Shown here: positions 19,607-29,715 of the stretch, piece by piece | How positions within the stretch are numbered: position 1 is the stretch's first letter | Layout: each line of letters opens with the position of its first letter | Source: Flavobacteriaceae bacterium | GTDB taxonomy: Bacteria; Bacteroidota; Bacteroidia; UKL13-3 | Assembly (NCBI GenBank): GCA_009693575.1 | Contig: SHWZ01000002.1 | Location: forward strand, 16,929-80,928 | DNA: 64,000 bases | Direction of reading: 5' to 3' | Program-made: the position numbers and the translations under genes | Notes under the pieces: generated by a model | What the model was told of the DNA's origin: nothing | What the model saw: only the letters and a program-made list of their open reading frames with translations | The model's database searches: none

Positions 19607-21268
19607 ATGAAATATTTACTCATTTGCTTTGCCTTACTTTCAAGTCTGATGGCAAGTCCCCAGAAGGTAAAAAAATGGAACAGAACGCTGTATTTCAATG
19701 CCAAAATTTACACGGTTGATTCTTCATTCTCGGTGCAGGAAGCCATGGTCGTGGAGAATGGAAAAATTAGTGCGGTTGGCAAAAGTGGATTACTATCAAA
19801 AGGGTACGGCCCTGCAAATATGGTTGACCTCAAAGGCAAGTTTGTCTACCCCGGTTTTATAGATGCCCACTGCCACCTGTTCGGATTGGGTGTGAGTATG
19901 CAGATAGTGGATTTGGTGGGTACAAAATCTATTGAAGCCGTTGTGGAACGATGCAAGGCATTTGCAAAGCTACATCCTGAGAAAAAGTATATCATGGGGC
20001 GTGGCTGGGACCAAAATGATTGGGCGGTAAAAGCCTATCCCAACAAAGAAATACTTGACAAGGCTTTCCCCAATATTCCTGTTGTACTGAAACGGATAGA
20101 CGGCCATGCAGCATGGGTAAATAGTATAACGTTGGAGCTTTCAAAAATTGATGCGGAAGCAAAAGTGGAAGGCGGGGAAATATTGTTGACCGATGGAAAA
20201 CCTAACGGAATACTCATTGATAACGCGGTGGATTTGGTGATGGGGGTAATCCCAAAAATGAATGAAGCAGAAAAACGTAGAGCTTATTCAGATGCTATGA
20301 AAGTGTGTAATGCCAATGGTTTGACCAGTGTATTGGATGCAGGAATTGAGCGGGATACCTTTCTTACCCTGCGTGAAATGTGGCATAATCAAAAAACATA
20401 TACTTTAAACAATTATCAACTTTTCACCCCTACCCAAAACAACCTCGAATCCTACTTTATTGACATAGACTCAGCGGCAAATGACAATGATCCAGTTCCT
20501 CAAAGAGACCTAAAAATAAAGGGACTAAAAGTATATGTGGATGGAGCATTGGGGAGTCGTGGGGCTTTGCTGCTGCAGCCATACACCGACAGACATGAAA
20601 GTCGTGGATTCTTGCTTACCGATGTAAATGAACTAAAAAGATTGGCGAGGCTTTGTTACAAATATAACTACCAGTTCAACACACATTGTTTGGGCGACAG
20701 TGCGGTGAGGTTGATGTTGAACATTATGGGTGAAGTGCTGGGCGGCCCCAACGACCGCCGCTGGCGGATAGAGCATTGCCAGATTGTTTCTCCAGAAGAT
20801 TTGGTATTGTTCAAAAAGTATTCGATTATCCCATCTGTGCAGCCCACCCATGCTACCAGTGATATGTACTGGGCAGATGAGCGGCTTGGTATTGATCGCC
20901 TAAAAACGGCGTATGCTAACAAAGATTTATTAAAGGCCGCAGGGACAGTGGCACTGGGTACTGATTTCCCGGTAGAAGCCGTGAGTCCGCTATATACCTT
21001 TGCCTCGGCAGTGTGGCGTATGGATGATAAGGAATTTCCGAAAGACGGCTTCCAAATGGAGAACGCACTAACTCGCGAAGAAGCATTGCGGGGCATGACT
21101 ATCTGGGCAGCCCACTCCATTTTTGAAGAGAAAAACCGTGGCAGTTTGGAGAAAAGAAAATATGCAGACTTTGTGATACTCGACAAAGATTTAATGAAGT
21201 GCACCTTTCAGGAAACACGAAACAACAAGGTGCTGGGAACATATTTGAGCGGCGAGAAGGTATATTAA
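19607..21268 (+). CDS. Amidohydrolase 3 family (YtcJ-like), secreted
   Basis: Signal peptide; PGFIDAHCH, RIDGHAAWVNS, DGALGSRGA, HCLGD, RIEHCQ and GTDFPVE. Confidence 0.9.
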   Translation: MKYLLICFALLSSLMASPQKVKKWNRTLYFNAKIYTVDSSFSVQEAMVVENGKISAVGKSGLLSKGYGPANMVDLKGKFVYPGFIDAHCHLFGLGVSMQIVDLVGTKSIEAVVERCKAFAKLHPEKKYIMGRGWDQNDWAVKAYPNKEILDKAFPNIPVVLKRIDGHAAWVNSITLELSKIDAEAKVEGGEILLTDGKPNGILIDNAVDLVMGVIPKMNEAEKRRAYSDAMKVCNANGLTSVLDAGIERDTFLTLREMWHNQKTYTLNNYQLFTPTQNNLESYFIDIDSAANDNDPVPQRDLKIKGLKVYVDGALGSRGALLLQPYTDRHESRGFLLTDVNELKRLARLCYKYNYQFNTHCLGDSAVRLMLNIMGEVLGGPNDRRWRIEHCQIVSPEDLVLFKKYSIIPSVQPTHATSDMYWADERLGIDRLKTAYANKDLLKAAGTVALGTDFPVEAVSPLYTFASAVWRMDDKEFPKDGFQMENALTREEALRGMTIWAAHSIFEEKNRGSLEKRKYADFVILDKDLMKCTFQETRNNKVLGTYLSGEKVY

Positions 21269-22086
21269 TCCCCCCGTCTTCTCAACTCCAACCAATGCAC
21301 ATCAGGTTGTATGTCGGGCCAGTTGCTCATCCACTCTTTGCTGATAGCATGATATATTTTAAGGGTGCTACCTTCCCGCTGCCAGCAATACCATTTGCCA
21401 CCTGGTTCATCGGGTAGATGACTTAGATATACCAAGGTCATTTCATCACAGTATCGTTTGCAATCGCCTTCCGTACATATTTTGTAATGTTTGTAATCGC
21501 CAAGCCCAGTGATGCTTCCATCTCTATGGAAAGTGATTTCTCGACTTACTTCTACTGCCACTCCCCGTTCAGGTGGGATAGGAGAGTTGATAATAGTGCG
21601 ATAGGTTCCGGCAAAAAGTTTTTCGTTGGTGGCTTGCCTCACTGACGAAGTAAATCCTGCTGCATTTATTGGCTCTGTTATGCTGGAATCAGCCCTCACA
21701 AAAACCATCTTATAGCTGCCATGATGAAAAGGCTCCTGCTGCACCAGCCTGCCATTTTCAAGCTCCAAGTCTACGAAAGAGTCCTTCTTGCTTCCAACAA
21801 TCCTTAGAATATGGCCGGGCAGTTTTTGCAGCTTACAAATTACGGGTTGCCACTCACCATTCAATACGAAAACCTTGTTCTGTCTGATATAAAGTTCTGT
21901 GCAACCGTAGCTGTTGTTGAAACGAGCATTGGTATATTTTTCAAGGCTGTCGGTATATGTTTTTGAAATCCATAAACCGGTCAATGATTCAGCTTTTGCT
22001 TGAGGCTGAGGAGTATTTTGCGGCTCCCCATTTTTGCAGGAAAAGATAATAACCAAAAATAATACAGGGAATTGTTTAAGAAGCAT
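21265..22086 (-). CDS. Hypothetical lipoprotein
   Basis: Lipobox IIFS-C at residue 17. 273-aa open frame in line with the upstream arginase and acs genes; no family recognised. Confidence 0.65.
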   Translation of the reverse strand: MLLKQFPVLFLVIIFSCKNGEPQNTPQPQAKAESLTGLWISKTYTDSLEKYTNARFNNSYGCTELYIRQNKVFVLNGEWQPVICKLQKLPGHILRIVGSKKDSFVDLELENGRLVQQEPFHHGSYKMVFVRADSSITEPINAAGFTSSVRQATNEKLFAGTYRTIINSPIPPERGVAVEVSREITFHRDGSITGLGDYKHYKICTEGDCKRYCDEMTLVYLSHLPDEPGGKWYCWQREGSTLKIYHAISKEWMSNWPDIQPDVHWLELRRRGD

Positions 22087-22089
22087 ACG

Positions 22090-23037
22090 TTAATTCATTT
22101 TCAAATTACCAATTGCTGAGTATACGCTTTCAAGTGTAGTAAGTGTAACATCCAATTCGGGGTTTATTTCTGTAACCTCAAATACTGCCAAATTAGGCAT
22201 TTGCCACAGTGCTTGTAGCAAAATGCTTGCCGCCTCAGGACTAAATCCATCGGCCACGGGTGTGCCAGTTCCTGGCACATATTCGATGTCCATGCTATCA
22301 ATGTCAAAGGTTACATATACCTTGTCGAATCCTGCTGCCCATTTTGTCACTTCATCTGCAATCACTCCAATGCCTTTCTCTTTGCGTTCAGCCGGGGTGT
22401 AGTTTTTTATCTGATGTTTTTGAATATATGTTATTTCCTCTTCCTCCAAATCACGAAGCTCTACATACAGCAAATCGGACTGAGTTATTTTAGGTTGAAT
22501 ACTGCCGTTGTTTTTTAGTTGTTCCCAGTATGCGGTTTCATCCGTCAAATGATTGTGTCCAACAGCAAGGTTATCTTCGGCCAAGCTAATTGCTACTGGC
22601 ATACCATGCATATTGCCGCTTGGAGTAGTATAAGGTGTGTGTAGGTCTGCGTGTGCATCAACCCAAATCACTCCAATTTTCTGATTGGGAAACGATTGCC
22701 GAAGGCCGGTCAACACTGCGGCAGCACTACTATGGTCGCCACTTAACACGAAAGGAAATTGATTGCTTTGCAATACCAGTTTCACTTGTTCGGCAGCAAC
22801 TCGTTGGAAAGGTAAGATATAATTGCAGTATTTCGCCAGAGGATGATTTTGTTTTTCAGCATCCCTATCGATTTGCTCCATTTTTACCTCAGAAACTAGT
22901 GCACCACTAAAGATATTCTTTCGCTCAGCATCATATTTCAACAAAGCATCAGGACCTTTGGCAGCACCCGGCTTTGCAGGGTTTGCACCAAGATCACTAA
23001 TCAGTTTGATAATATGTATTTGACGGTCGGAGTTCAT
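22090..23037 (-). CDS. rocF: Arginase (ureohydrolase family)
   Basis: GDHS, WVDAHADLHTPYTTPSGNMHGMP, FDIDSMD..VPGTGTP and EINPELD. Start moved to ATG 23037. Confidence 0.88.
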   Translation of the reverse strand: MNSDRQIHIIKLISDLGANPAKPGAAKGPDALLKYDAERKNIFSGALVSEVKMEQIDRDAEKQNHPLAKYCNYILPFQRVAAEQVKLVLQSNQFPFVLSGDHSSAAAVLTGLRQSFPNQKIGVIWVDAHADLHTPYTTPSGNMHGMPVAISLAEDNLAVGHNHLTDETAYWEQLKNNGSIQPKITQSDLLYVELRDLEEEEITYIQKHQIKNYTPAERKEKGIGVIADEVTKWAAGFDKVYVTFDIDSMDIEYVPGTGTPVADGFSPEAASILLQALWQMPNLAVFEVTEINPELDVTLTTLESVYSAIGNLKMN

Positions 23038-23096
23038 TTTTAGGTTAATATAGTTGCCTCTCAACGAACGTTGGTGACCTCGGCATGACAAATGAG

Positions 23097-25034
23097 TTAT
23101 AGAGTTTCTGACAATTCGGCAGCTTTATGTTTGATGATATCAACGATGGATGGGTCGAGCAAGGTGGTTGTGTCGCCAAGGTTTGAAGTATCTCCTTCGG
23201 CAATTTTACGCAAGATACGCCTCATGATTTTGCCGCTGCGTGTTTTTGGCAGACCTGGCACAACCACAATCCTGTCAGGTCGGGCGAAAGCCCCGATTTT
23301 TTCGAACACAAGCTTTTGGGCTTCAGTAGTCAATATGGAGGCATTATCAATCTTTGCATTGCAAATAACAAAAGCAAAAATGCCCTGCCCTTTGATGTCG
23401 TGGGGGAATCCAACCACTGCACTTTCCACAATTGCTGGGTGTTCATTTAGTGCATCCTCTATTTCGCCTGTGCCTATGCGGTGCCCCGAAACATTGATGA
23501 CATCATCTACACGGCCAGTGATTCGATAGTAGCCGTCAGCATCACGCTTGCAACCATCACCTGTAAAATAATAGCCTGGATACGTTGAGTAATATATATT
23601 TTTAAATCGTTCGTGATCGCCATAAACGGTACGAGCCATTCCAGGCCAAGGGAATTTCATACAGAGATTTCCTTCCACATTATTCCCACTGATTTCTTCG
23701 CCTCTTTCATTTAACAAAACTGCCTGCACGCCCGGAATTGGCAGTGTTGCGTATGCAGGTTTCAGTGGTGTAATTCCGGCCAAAGGCGAAATCAAGATGC
23801 CGCCAGTTTCGGTTTGCCACCATGTGTCCACTATTGGGCAGTTTCCTTTGCCCACATTTTTATGGTACCACTCCCAAGCTTCTTCGTTGATGGGTTCGCC
23901 CACACTTCCAAGCACCCGCAGGCTGTCCAGCTTTTTGCCTTCAAACCATTTCGTACCCTGTGCCTCCAAAGCACGGATGGCAGTAGGTGCAGTATAAAAT
24001 ATATTAACCTGATGCTTGTCCACGACTTCCCAAAAGCGTCCTGGGTCGGGCCAGTTCGGGATGCCCTCAAATAAAACTGTAGTAACACCATTCAGCAGCG
24101 GGCCATATACCAAATAGCTGTGCCCAGTGATCCAGCCAATGTCGGCAGTACACCAAAATATCTCATGCCCGCTTTGTGGCCTGAATACTTCATTGAAAGT
24201 ATATCCGGCATACACCATGTATCCGCCTGTTGTATGCAACACTCCTTTGGGCTTGCCTGTACTACCCGAAGTGTAAAGTATAAACAATGGGTCTTCTGCT
24301 TCCATTGGTTCGGCTAGGCAATCTGATGAGGCAGTTTCCAACAATTCATGCCACCAAAAATCACGGCCTGCCTGCATAGTCACAGGTTCGTTTCTATTGT
24401 TAAATACAATGGCTTTTATTGCTCCATTCTGCTGTGGAGAGCTGATGACTGTGAGGTCTGCCATCGCTTCATCGGCAATCTGCTTTAGCTCAATTTTTTT
24501 ATCACCTCTGAAAACTGCATCGGCGGTTATGAGCAATGTGCAGCCACAATCATTAATCCTATCAGCAAGCGACTTGGCTGAAAACCCCCCAAATACCACG
24601 TTATGAATAGCCCCAATCCTTGCACAGGCAAGCATGGCAATAGCCCCTTCAGGCACCATGGGCATATATATGCATACTCGGTCACCCTTTTTCACCCCCA
24701 CATCTTTCAATACATTCGCGAAGCAACAAACTTCTTTGTGCAGCTCATTGTAGGTTATCAGTCGACTAGGGGTTTTAGGATCATTGGGTTCCCAGATGAT
24801 GGCAGTTTGATTGCCCCTGATTTCCAAGTGGCGGTCAATACAGTTGTAGCAAAGATTCGTGTAGCCTCCATCAAACCACTTGATGCTTGGTTCAGTAAAA
24901 TTCCACTTCAGGGTTTTGTCCCATTTTTTGAACCAATGAAATTCTGCTGCTTTATCTTCCCAAAATACTTCAGGATTGGCTATTGCATGTGCATATACTG
25001 TTTTGTATTCTTCAAAATCACTGATTTGCTTCAT
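23097..25034 (-). CDS. acs: Acetate--CoA ligase
   Basis: YTSGSTGKPKG, WCTADIGWITGHSY, VDTWWQTETGG, YFTGDG and PKTRSGKIMRR. Confidence 0.97.
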   Translation of the reverse strand: MKQISDFEEYKTVYAHAIANPEVFWEDKAAEFHWFKKWDKTLKWNFTEPSIKWFDGGYTNLCYNCIDRHLEIRGNQTAIIWEPNDPKTPSRLITYNELHKEVCCFANVLKDVGVKKGDRVCIYMPMVPEGAIAMLACARIGAIHNVVFGGFSAKSLADRINDCGCTLLITADAVFRGDKKIELKQIADEAMADLTVISSPQQNGAIKAIVFNNRNEPVTMQAGRDFWWHELLETASSDCLAEPMEAEDPLFILYTSGSTGKPKGVLHTTGGYMVYAGYTFNEVFRPQSGHEIFWCTADIGWITGHSYLVYGPLLNGVTTVLFEGIPNWPDPGRFWEVVDKHQVNIFYTAPTAIRALEAQGTKWFEGKKLDSLRVLGSVGEPINEEAWEWYHKNVGKGNCPIVDTWWQTETGGILISPLAGITPLKPAYATLPIPGVQAVLLNERGEEISGNNVEGNLCMKFPWPGMARTVYGDHERFKNIYYSTYPGYYFTGDGCKRDADGYYRITGRVDDVINVSGHRIGTGEIEDALNEHPAIVESAVVGFPHDIKGQGIFAFVICNAKIDNASILTTEAQKLVFEKIGAFARPDRIVVVPGLPKTRSGKIMRRILRKIAEGDTSNLGDTTTLLDPSIVDIIKHKAAELSETL

Positions 25035-25296
25035 GCAATGGTTAGGTTAGGTAGGCAAAGGTACGGTGATTGTTGAGCTTGAACGAAAGCTGCAAGCTAG
25101 GGCGAGACCTACAGCTCTGTAATCAAGCTAGCTATTGAGAATGACTATAGTCAAAATAACTAACTTGTAAACATTTTGCAGTTTGTCAATAGTGGCGAAT
25201 TTCACCATAAATGTATATATGGAACACAGGCAGAACCTCCACAGAGGGAATCCCAGCATCTTTCAAATGTATTGGTATATGCTGCCAAATTTGTCA

Positions 25297-25610
25297 TTAG
25301 TTCCTTCTTAAATAGATGTCGCCAAAAGTCACCCATATTCCTTTACTATTCTTTGTAGATGCATGAAATTGCCAACTGTCTGTAAGACTATTATAGCTGA
25401 ACTTATTTATTAATGGTCCGTCTGGATATTCAAAATGGAAGTCAATACTTTGTTCTGTTCTTATTCCGTAACCCACTGTCTCTGAAAATTGTCCAACCAA
25501 TGTGCAACATATCTTTCAGTTATGCAGTCATAACCAATAAAAACCTTTGCTGTGTATTGAGGTAATTTAGCCGTGTCGGCGAATGTCAATGAAACAAATT
25601 GATGGTTTAG
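25297..25610 (-). pseudogene. C-terminal half of a DUF1579-like protein, frameshifted
   Basis: LNHQF...PQYTAKVFIGYD...RYVAHWLDNF in one frame continues as GQFSETVGYG...FEYPDGP...W.TFGDI.L.R in another. I recognise this from memory as the DUF1579-like pattern; not database-verified. Confidence 0.55.
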
Positions 25611-26062
25611 TTCAAAATATTTGTCGGCTATTTCAAATAAGTCACCGTTGATTGCATCGCCAATGTCGTGAAGCCAAGTTTTGTCTTTTAAAATTGCAGG
25701 GTTTTGAACTTCAAATCTTTCGTCAATAGGGTGAAAGGCAATTTTAATTTTTACTCTCTCGTAAGTTTTGTTGACTACATATTGTCCGAGTATAGCTGCT
25801 GTCAAAGCTGTTACACGCTGTTGTCCGTCAATGAGTATTTTTTTCCTTCACTTAAAGTACCATCTTTTAGACGCACATTGGGATTTCTCCAAGCGATAAC
25901 GTAGCCGATTGGATAACCTTGATACAAGCTGTCCATTAAGTCACGAACTTTTGAACTGTCCCAAACAAAAGGTCTTTGAATTTCTGGAATTGCAATTTCT
26001 CCTGAGTTTACCCAAGCTAAAAGTGTCTCAATTAATTGTTGGTTTACTGCGTATTTCTGCAT
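25605..26062 (-). pseudogene. N-terminal fragment of a DUF262 (ParB-like/GmrS-type) protein, frameshifted and truncated
   Basis: [12 protein letters not shown] and [10 protein letters not shown], then [12 protein letters not shown] in a shifted frame (shift at the A7 run, 25838-25844). These are the DUF262 (P..QR..W / DGQQR) motifs. Confidence 0.85.
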
Positions 26063-26386
26063 TTGTTGTCGTTGGTTTTAGCACTGTCGTTAATAGGTTG
26101 CACTAACTTCATAGAATAGTAGATAACATACTAATAGCGGTAGTTTTCTATCTCAAAAACCTACACTAATTTGTTTGCTGTGCGAGAATAGGATAAGTTT
26201 TGTAGGTTAATTGGGTTAATTTATGGCAAATGTGCCCCGTAGCACACAGCTGTGGTTTATACCTGAAAGGTTTGGACACCACCAAGCTAAACCTGTCAGC
26301 TCAGTAGTCACAGCCGTGTAGTCCAGCTCCAAATCAACCACGCTTCAAATTTGCTAATTGCCCTCCTCACGACCTTTGCCCCACTT

Positions 26387-27595
26387 ATGACCCTTAAACA
26401 GGAAACTCGGATTATTATCCTGCTGGCATTTATCAACTTTGTGAACATTGTAGATTTTATGGTGCTGATGCCTCTTGCACCGCAAATAAAAGAAGCCTTC
26501 CAACTGGGGGCCTCGCAGTGGGGTGGAGTGGTGTCTGCCTATACCATATCGGCCTTTGTGGCGGGCATCCTTGCTCTATTCATGATTGACCGCTACAACC
26601 GCAAGACCTATCTTATGCTCAACATGATTGGGTTTGTGGGTGGCACATTTCTGTGTGGCATTTCTGATTCCTACGAGTTCCTTATGTTTTCACGAATCTT
26701 TACCGGTTTTTTTGGCGGTGTTATCAGTTCGGTGAGTATAGCTATTGTTACGGATGTAACGCCCATGGAAAGGCGGGGAAGGTCTATGGGTATATTTATG
26801 GGGGGCTTTGCTGCTGCTGCTGCATTAGGTGTTCCATTTGGCACCGTGCTCGGAGCAAAACATACGTTAGGATGGAACTTTCCTTTCATGGCTTTGGCAA
26901 CATTGGGCGGCATTATGATGGTGGTGTGCTACTATGTGCTACCTCGCATAAGCCCGGCCAAAAAAGACGAAAACAACACCCATGTGACCACTACGGTGAT
27001 TGCACTGAAAAGTATTACCAAAGACAGCAACCAACGATGGGGCTTTTTGCTCATGTGCCTTATCGTTTTTGTGCAGTTTATGATTGTGCCATTTTATAGT
27101 CCTTTTTTAGTTTCCAATCTTGGCTTGAACGAGCTACAACTCGCGGGCACCTATGCCATAGGAGGCATTTCATCTATTGCGTTCAATCCTTTGATAGGAA
27201 AAATGAGTGACCGCATTGGCCATGTAAAAATGTACACCATACTAGCACTGTTAGCCTGCATCCCAATTTGGCTTTGCACCAGTTTAGAAGATATAAGCTA
27301 CCCCATTGTATTGTTGCTTTCAGCCTGCTTCTTTGCGTTTGCTGGTGGGCGGTTCACCCCTGCGGTAGCTTTGATGATTTCTACTGCCAAGCCACACCAA
27401 AGGGGTATATTCAATACACTCCGCAATTCAGTTCAAAATGGCGTGGCAGGCATAGCCGCTCTTTTTGCTGGAATAATTGTAACACAAGTAACTCCAACGT
27501 CAAAGTACGAACATTACGCCACTGCCGGAATCATAGCAATCGGAGTAAATCTGCTTAGTATTTTGGTGATTAGGAAAGTGAAGGCAGTGAGCTGA
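26387..27595 (+). CDS. MFS transporter (arabinose-efflux/DHA1-like)
   Basis: 12-TM pattern; DRYNRK motif A, RGRSMG and GKMSDRIG. Confidence 0.9.
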   Translation: MTLKQETRIIILLAFINFVNIVDFMVLMPLAPQIKEAFQLGASQWGGVVSAYTISAFVAGILALFMIDRYNRKTYLMLNMIGFVGGTFLCGISDSYEFLMFSRIFTGFFGGVISSVSIAIVTDVTPMERRGRSMGIFMGGFAAAAALGVPFGTVLGAKHTLGWNFPFMALATLGGIMMVVCYYVLPRISPAKKDENNTHVTTTVIALKSITKDSNQRWGFLLMCLIVFVQFMIVPFYSPFLVSNLGLNELQLAGTYAIGGISSIAFNPLIGKMSDRIGHVKMYTILALLACIPIWLCTSLEDISYPIVLLLSACFFAFAGGRFTPAVALMISTAKPHQRGIFNTLRNSVQNGVAGIAALFAGIIVTQVTPTSKYEHYATAGIIAIGVNLLSILVIRKVKAVS

Positions 27596-27598
27596 TGT

Positions 27599-28261
27599 TT
27601 ACACCCAATCAGGTGTCCCCGCTTCTATGTGCATTTCTTCGAGCGAAACAGGGTGGGCAAACTTGAGCCGAAGTGCATGAAGGCAAATGCTTGCATCTGA
27701 ATTTGGTGATGGGTAGCCATATTTCAAATCGCCAACAATGGGACAACCCATAGCTGCAAGTTGCACTCTTATTTGATGTGGCCTACCCGTGAGCGGAAAT
27801 ACTTCTAAGAGATAGGCCTTATCCGATTGAGAAACCACATCGTAGTCAAGCTCTGCACGAAGGGCATCTGGCCTTTCCTGATTATATGCTTTAGATATAT
27901 TTTTTGAGGTATCCTTTGTAAGCCAATGAATGAGCTTCCCACCATCTCTTAAAGGTTTTTTGCTTACCAATGCCAAGTATGTTTTCTTAATATCACGCTG
28001 CTTGAACTGCTCGTTCATGCGGGTGAGGGCTTTGGAGGTTTTAGCCATCAACACCAAACCACTGACTGGTCTATCTATGCGGTGAATAACCCCGCAAAAA
28101 ACATTACCTGGCTTGTTGTATTTCTTTTTCAGGTAATCTTTGGCAATATCTACTAGTGGTATATCGCCTGTTTCGTCACCTTGCACCAGTAAGCCGCTTG
28201 GCTTGTTCACTGCCAGCAGGTGGTTATCTTCATATATTACCCTCAGGTTTGCAGAGTTCAA
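27599..28261 (-). CDS. RluA-family RNA pseudouridine synthase
   Basis: [23 protein letters not shown] catalytic motif, [11 protein letters not shown] and LHA..L.F.HP. Confidence 0.93.
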   Translation of the reverse strand: MNSANLRVIYEDNHLLAVNKPSGLLVQGDETGDIPLVDIAKDYLKKKYNKPGNVFCGVIHRIDRPVSGLVLMAKTSKALTRMNEQFKQRDIKKTYLALVSKKPLRDGGKLIHWLTKDTSKNISKAYNQERPDALRAELDYDVVSQSDKAYLLEVFPLTGRPHQIRVQLAAMGCPIVGDLKYGYPSPNSDASICLHALRLKFAHPVSLEEMHIEAGTPDWV

Positions 28262-29079
28262 TACTGTTCCTTCTTACTTGGAAAATCCACCAACTTCACG
28301 TCTTCAATGTAATGTTCGATATTGGTTTTCACATCATCGAACAGGTTCATGTACCTCCTCAAAAAGCGTGGGTTGAATTCTTTGGTAAGCCCCAGCAAAT
28401 CGTGCAGCACCAATACTTGTCCATCAACACCGCTGCCTGCTCCTATGCCTATCACTGGTATTTTCAGTTCCTTGGCCACACGTTCGCCAAGAGTGGCTGG
28501 TATTTTTTCCAACACAATGGCAAAGCAGCCGGCATCTTGCAACAAAAGAGCATCTTCCAAAAGTTTATTGGCTTCAACTTCATCTTTTGCCCGCACCTCG
28601 AAAGTTCCAAATTTGTATATGCTTTGAGGAGTAAGACCCAAATGACCCATCACAGGCACACCGGCACTCAACACACGTTTCACCGAGTCAATAATTTCCA
28701 AGCCGCCTTCCATTTTTACGGCATGTGCGGCTGCTTCTTTCATCAGCCTGATGCTGGATGATAGTGCTTCTTTAGAGTTTCCCTGATATGATCCAAAAGG
28801 TATGTCGGCCACAACCAAAGCCCTGTCAACAGCACGAGTCACGCTGGCCGTGTGATATATCATCTGTTCCAGGGTTATGGGCAGGGTAGTGGTGTTTCCT
28901 GCCATCACGTTGCTGGCTGAATCCCCTACCAAGATTACGTCTATCAAAGCCGCATCGAGAATAGTGGCAAAGGTGTAATCGTAGGCCGTGAGCATGGATA
29001 TTTTCTCGCCCCGCTGCTTCATCTCCTGAAGTACATGCGTTGTTATCCGCTTTATCTCTTTGTATTGATTGTTCGACAT
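28258..29079 (-). CDS. panB: 3-methyl-2-oxobutanoate hydroxymethyltransferase
   Basis: [42 protein letters not shown] and [12 protein letters not shown]. Start moved to ATG 29079. Confidence 0.96.
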   Translation of the reverse strand: MSNNQYKEIKRITTHVLQEMKQRGEKISMLTAYDYTFATILDAALIDVILVGDSASNVMAGNTTTLPITLEQMIYHTASVTRAVDRALVVADIPFGSYQGNSKEALSSSIRLMKEAAAHAVKMEGGLEIIDSVKRVLSAGVPVMGHLGLTPQSIYKFGTFEVRAKDEVEANKLLEDALLLQDAGCFAIVLEKIPATLGERVAKELKIPVIGIGAGSGVDGQVLVLHDLLGLTKEFNPRFLRRYMNLFDDVKTNIEHYIEDVKLVDFPSKKEQY

Positions 29080-29241
29080 CGAGGGGCAAAGGTAGCTAAT
29101 TCGGCTATTCGTTACTATGACAATTCGATTATGCTTCGAATAGTGAGTATCGTTTATATTCAATAATTCCCCCACGCTCAGAATTAACACATTAATTCAT
29201 AACCGAATTGACGAATTACCACTCTCTCCTACCTTTGACCC

Positions 29242-29715
29242 ATGCACGAACTAAAACTAGAATCCATCATTAGGGTATATGAAAATCTTCAGGAGCTTTC
29301 AATTGCTGACCAAACATTAGTGCAGTCTGCAAAGGATGCTACTAAGCAGGCGTATGCTCCTTACTCCAAGTTTTTTGTGGGTGCTGCATTACTGCTTGAA
29401 AGTGGAGAGATAATCACTGGCAGCAACCAAGAAAACGCAGCGTATCCATCAGGACTATGTGCAGAACGGGTGGCCTTTTTCTCCGCGGGGCATCAACATA
29501 AAGGGAAGCAGATATTGGCTGTCGCAATTGCTGTTGTTTCTGAGGAACATCGTGTGGCTGAGCCAGTGATTCCATGTGGTGCTTGTATGCAGGTGATGAG
29601 TGAATTCCAGCGAATACAACAGCTACCGATACGAATTTTGTTGAATGGAAACAATGGAAAAACGTATAATTGTGAAAGCCTCCAAACCTTAATGCCTTTG
29701 CAGTTTAGGCTCTAG
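29242..29715 (+). CDS. cdd: Cytidine deaminase
   Basis: AYAPYSKFFVGAA, NQENAAYPSGLCAERVA and PCGACMQ. Confidence 0.93.
   Translation: MHELKLESIIRVYENLQELSIADQTLVQSAKDATKQAYAPYSKFFVGAALLLESGEIITGSNQENAAYPSGLCAERVAFFSAGHQHKGKQILAVAIAVVSEEHRVAEPVIPCGACMQVMSEFQRIQQLPIRILLNGNNGKTYNCESLQTLMPLQFRL

Noticed and set aside
25838-25844. Programmed ribosomal frameshift in the DUF262 gene
   Set aside because: The downstream product is truncated and fused to an unrelated fragment, so decay is the simpler explanation.
25605-26062. Functional GmrSD-type restriction system
   Set aside because: Only ~150 N-terminal codons remain; no HNH/DUF1524 domain.
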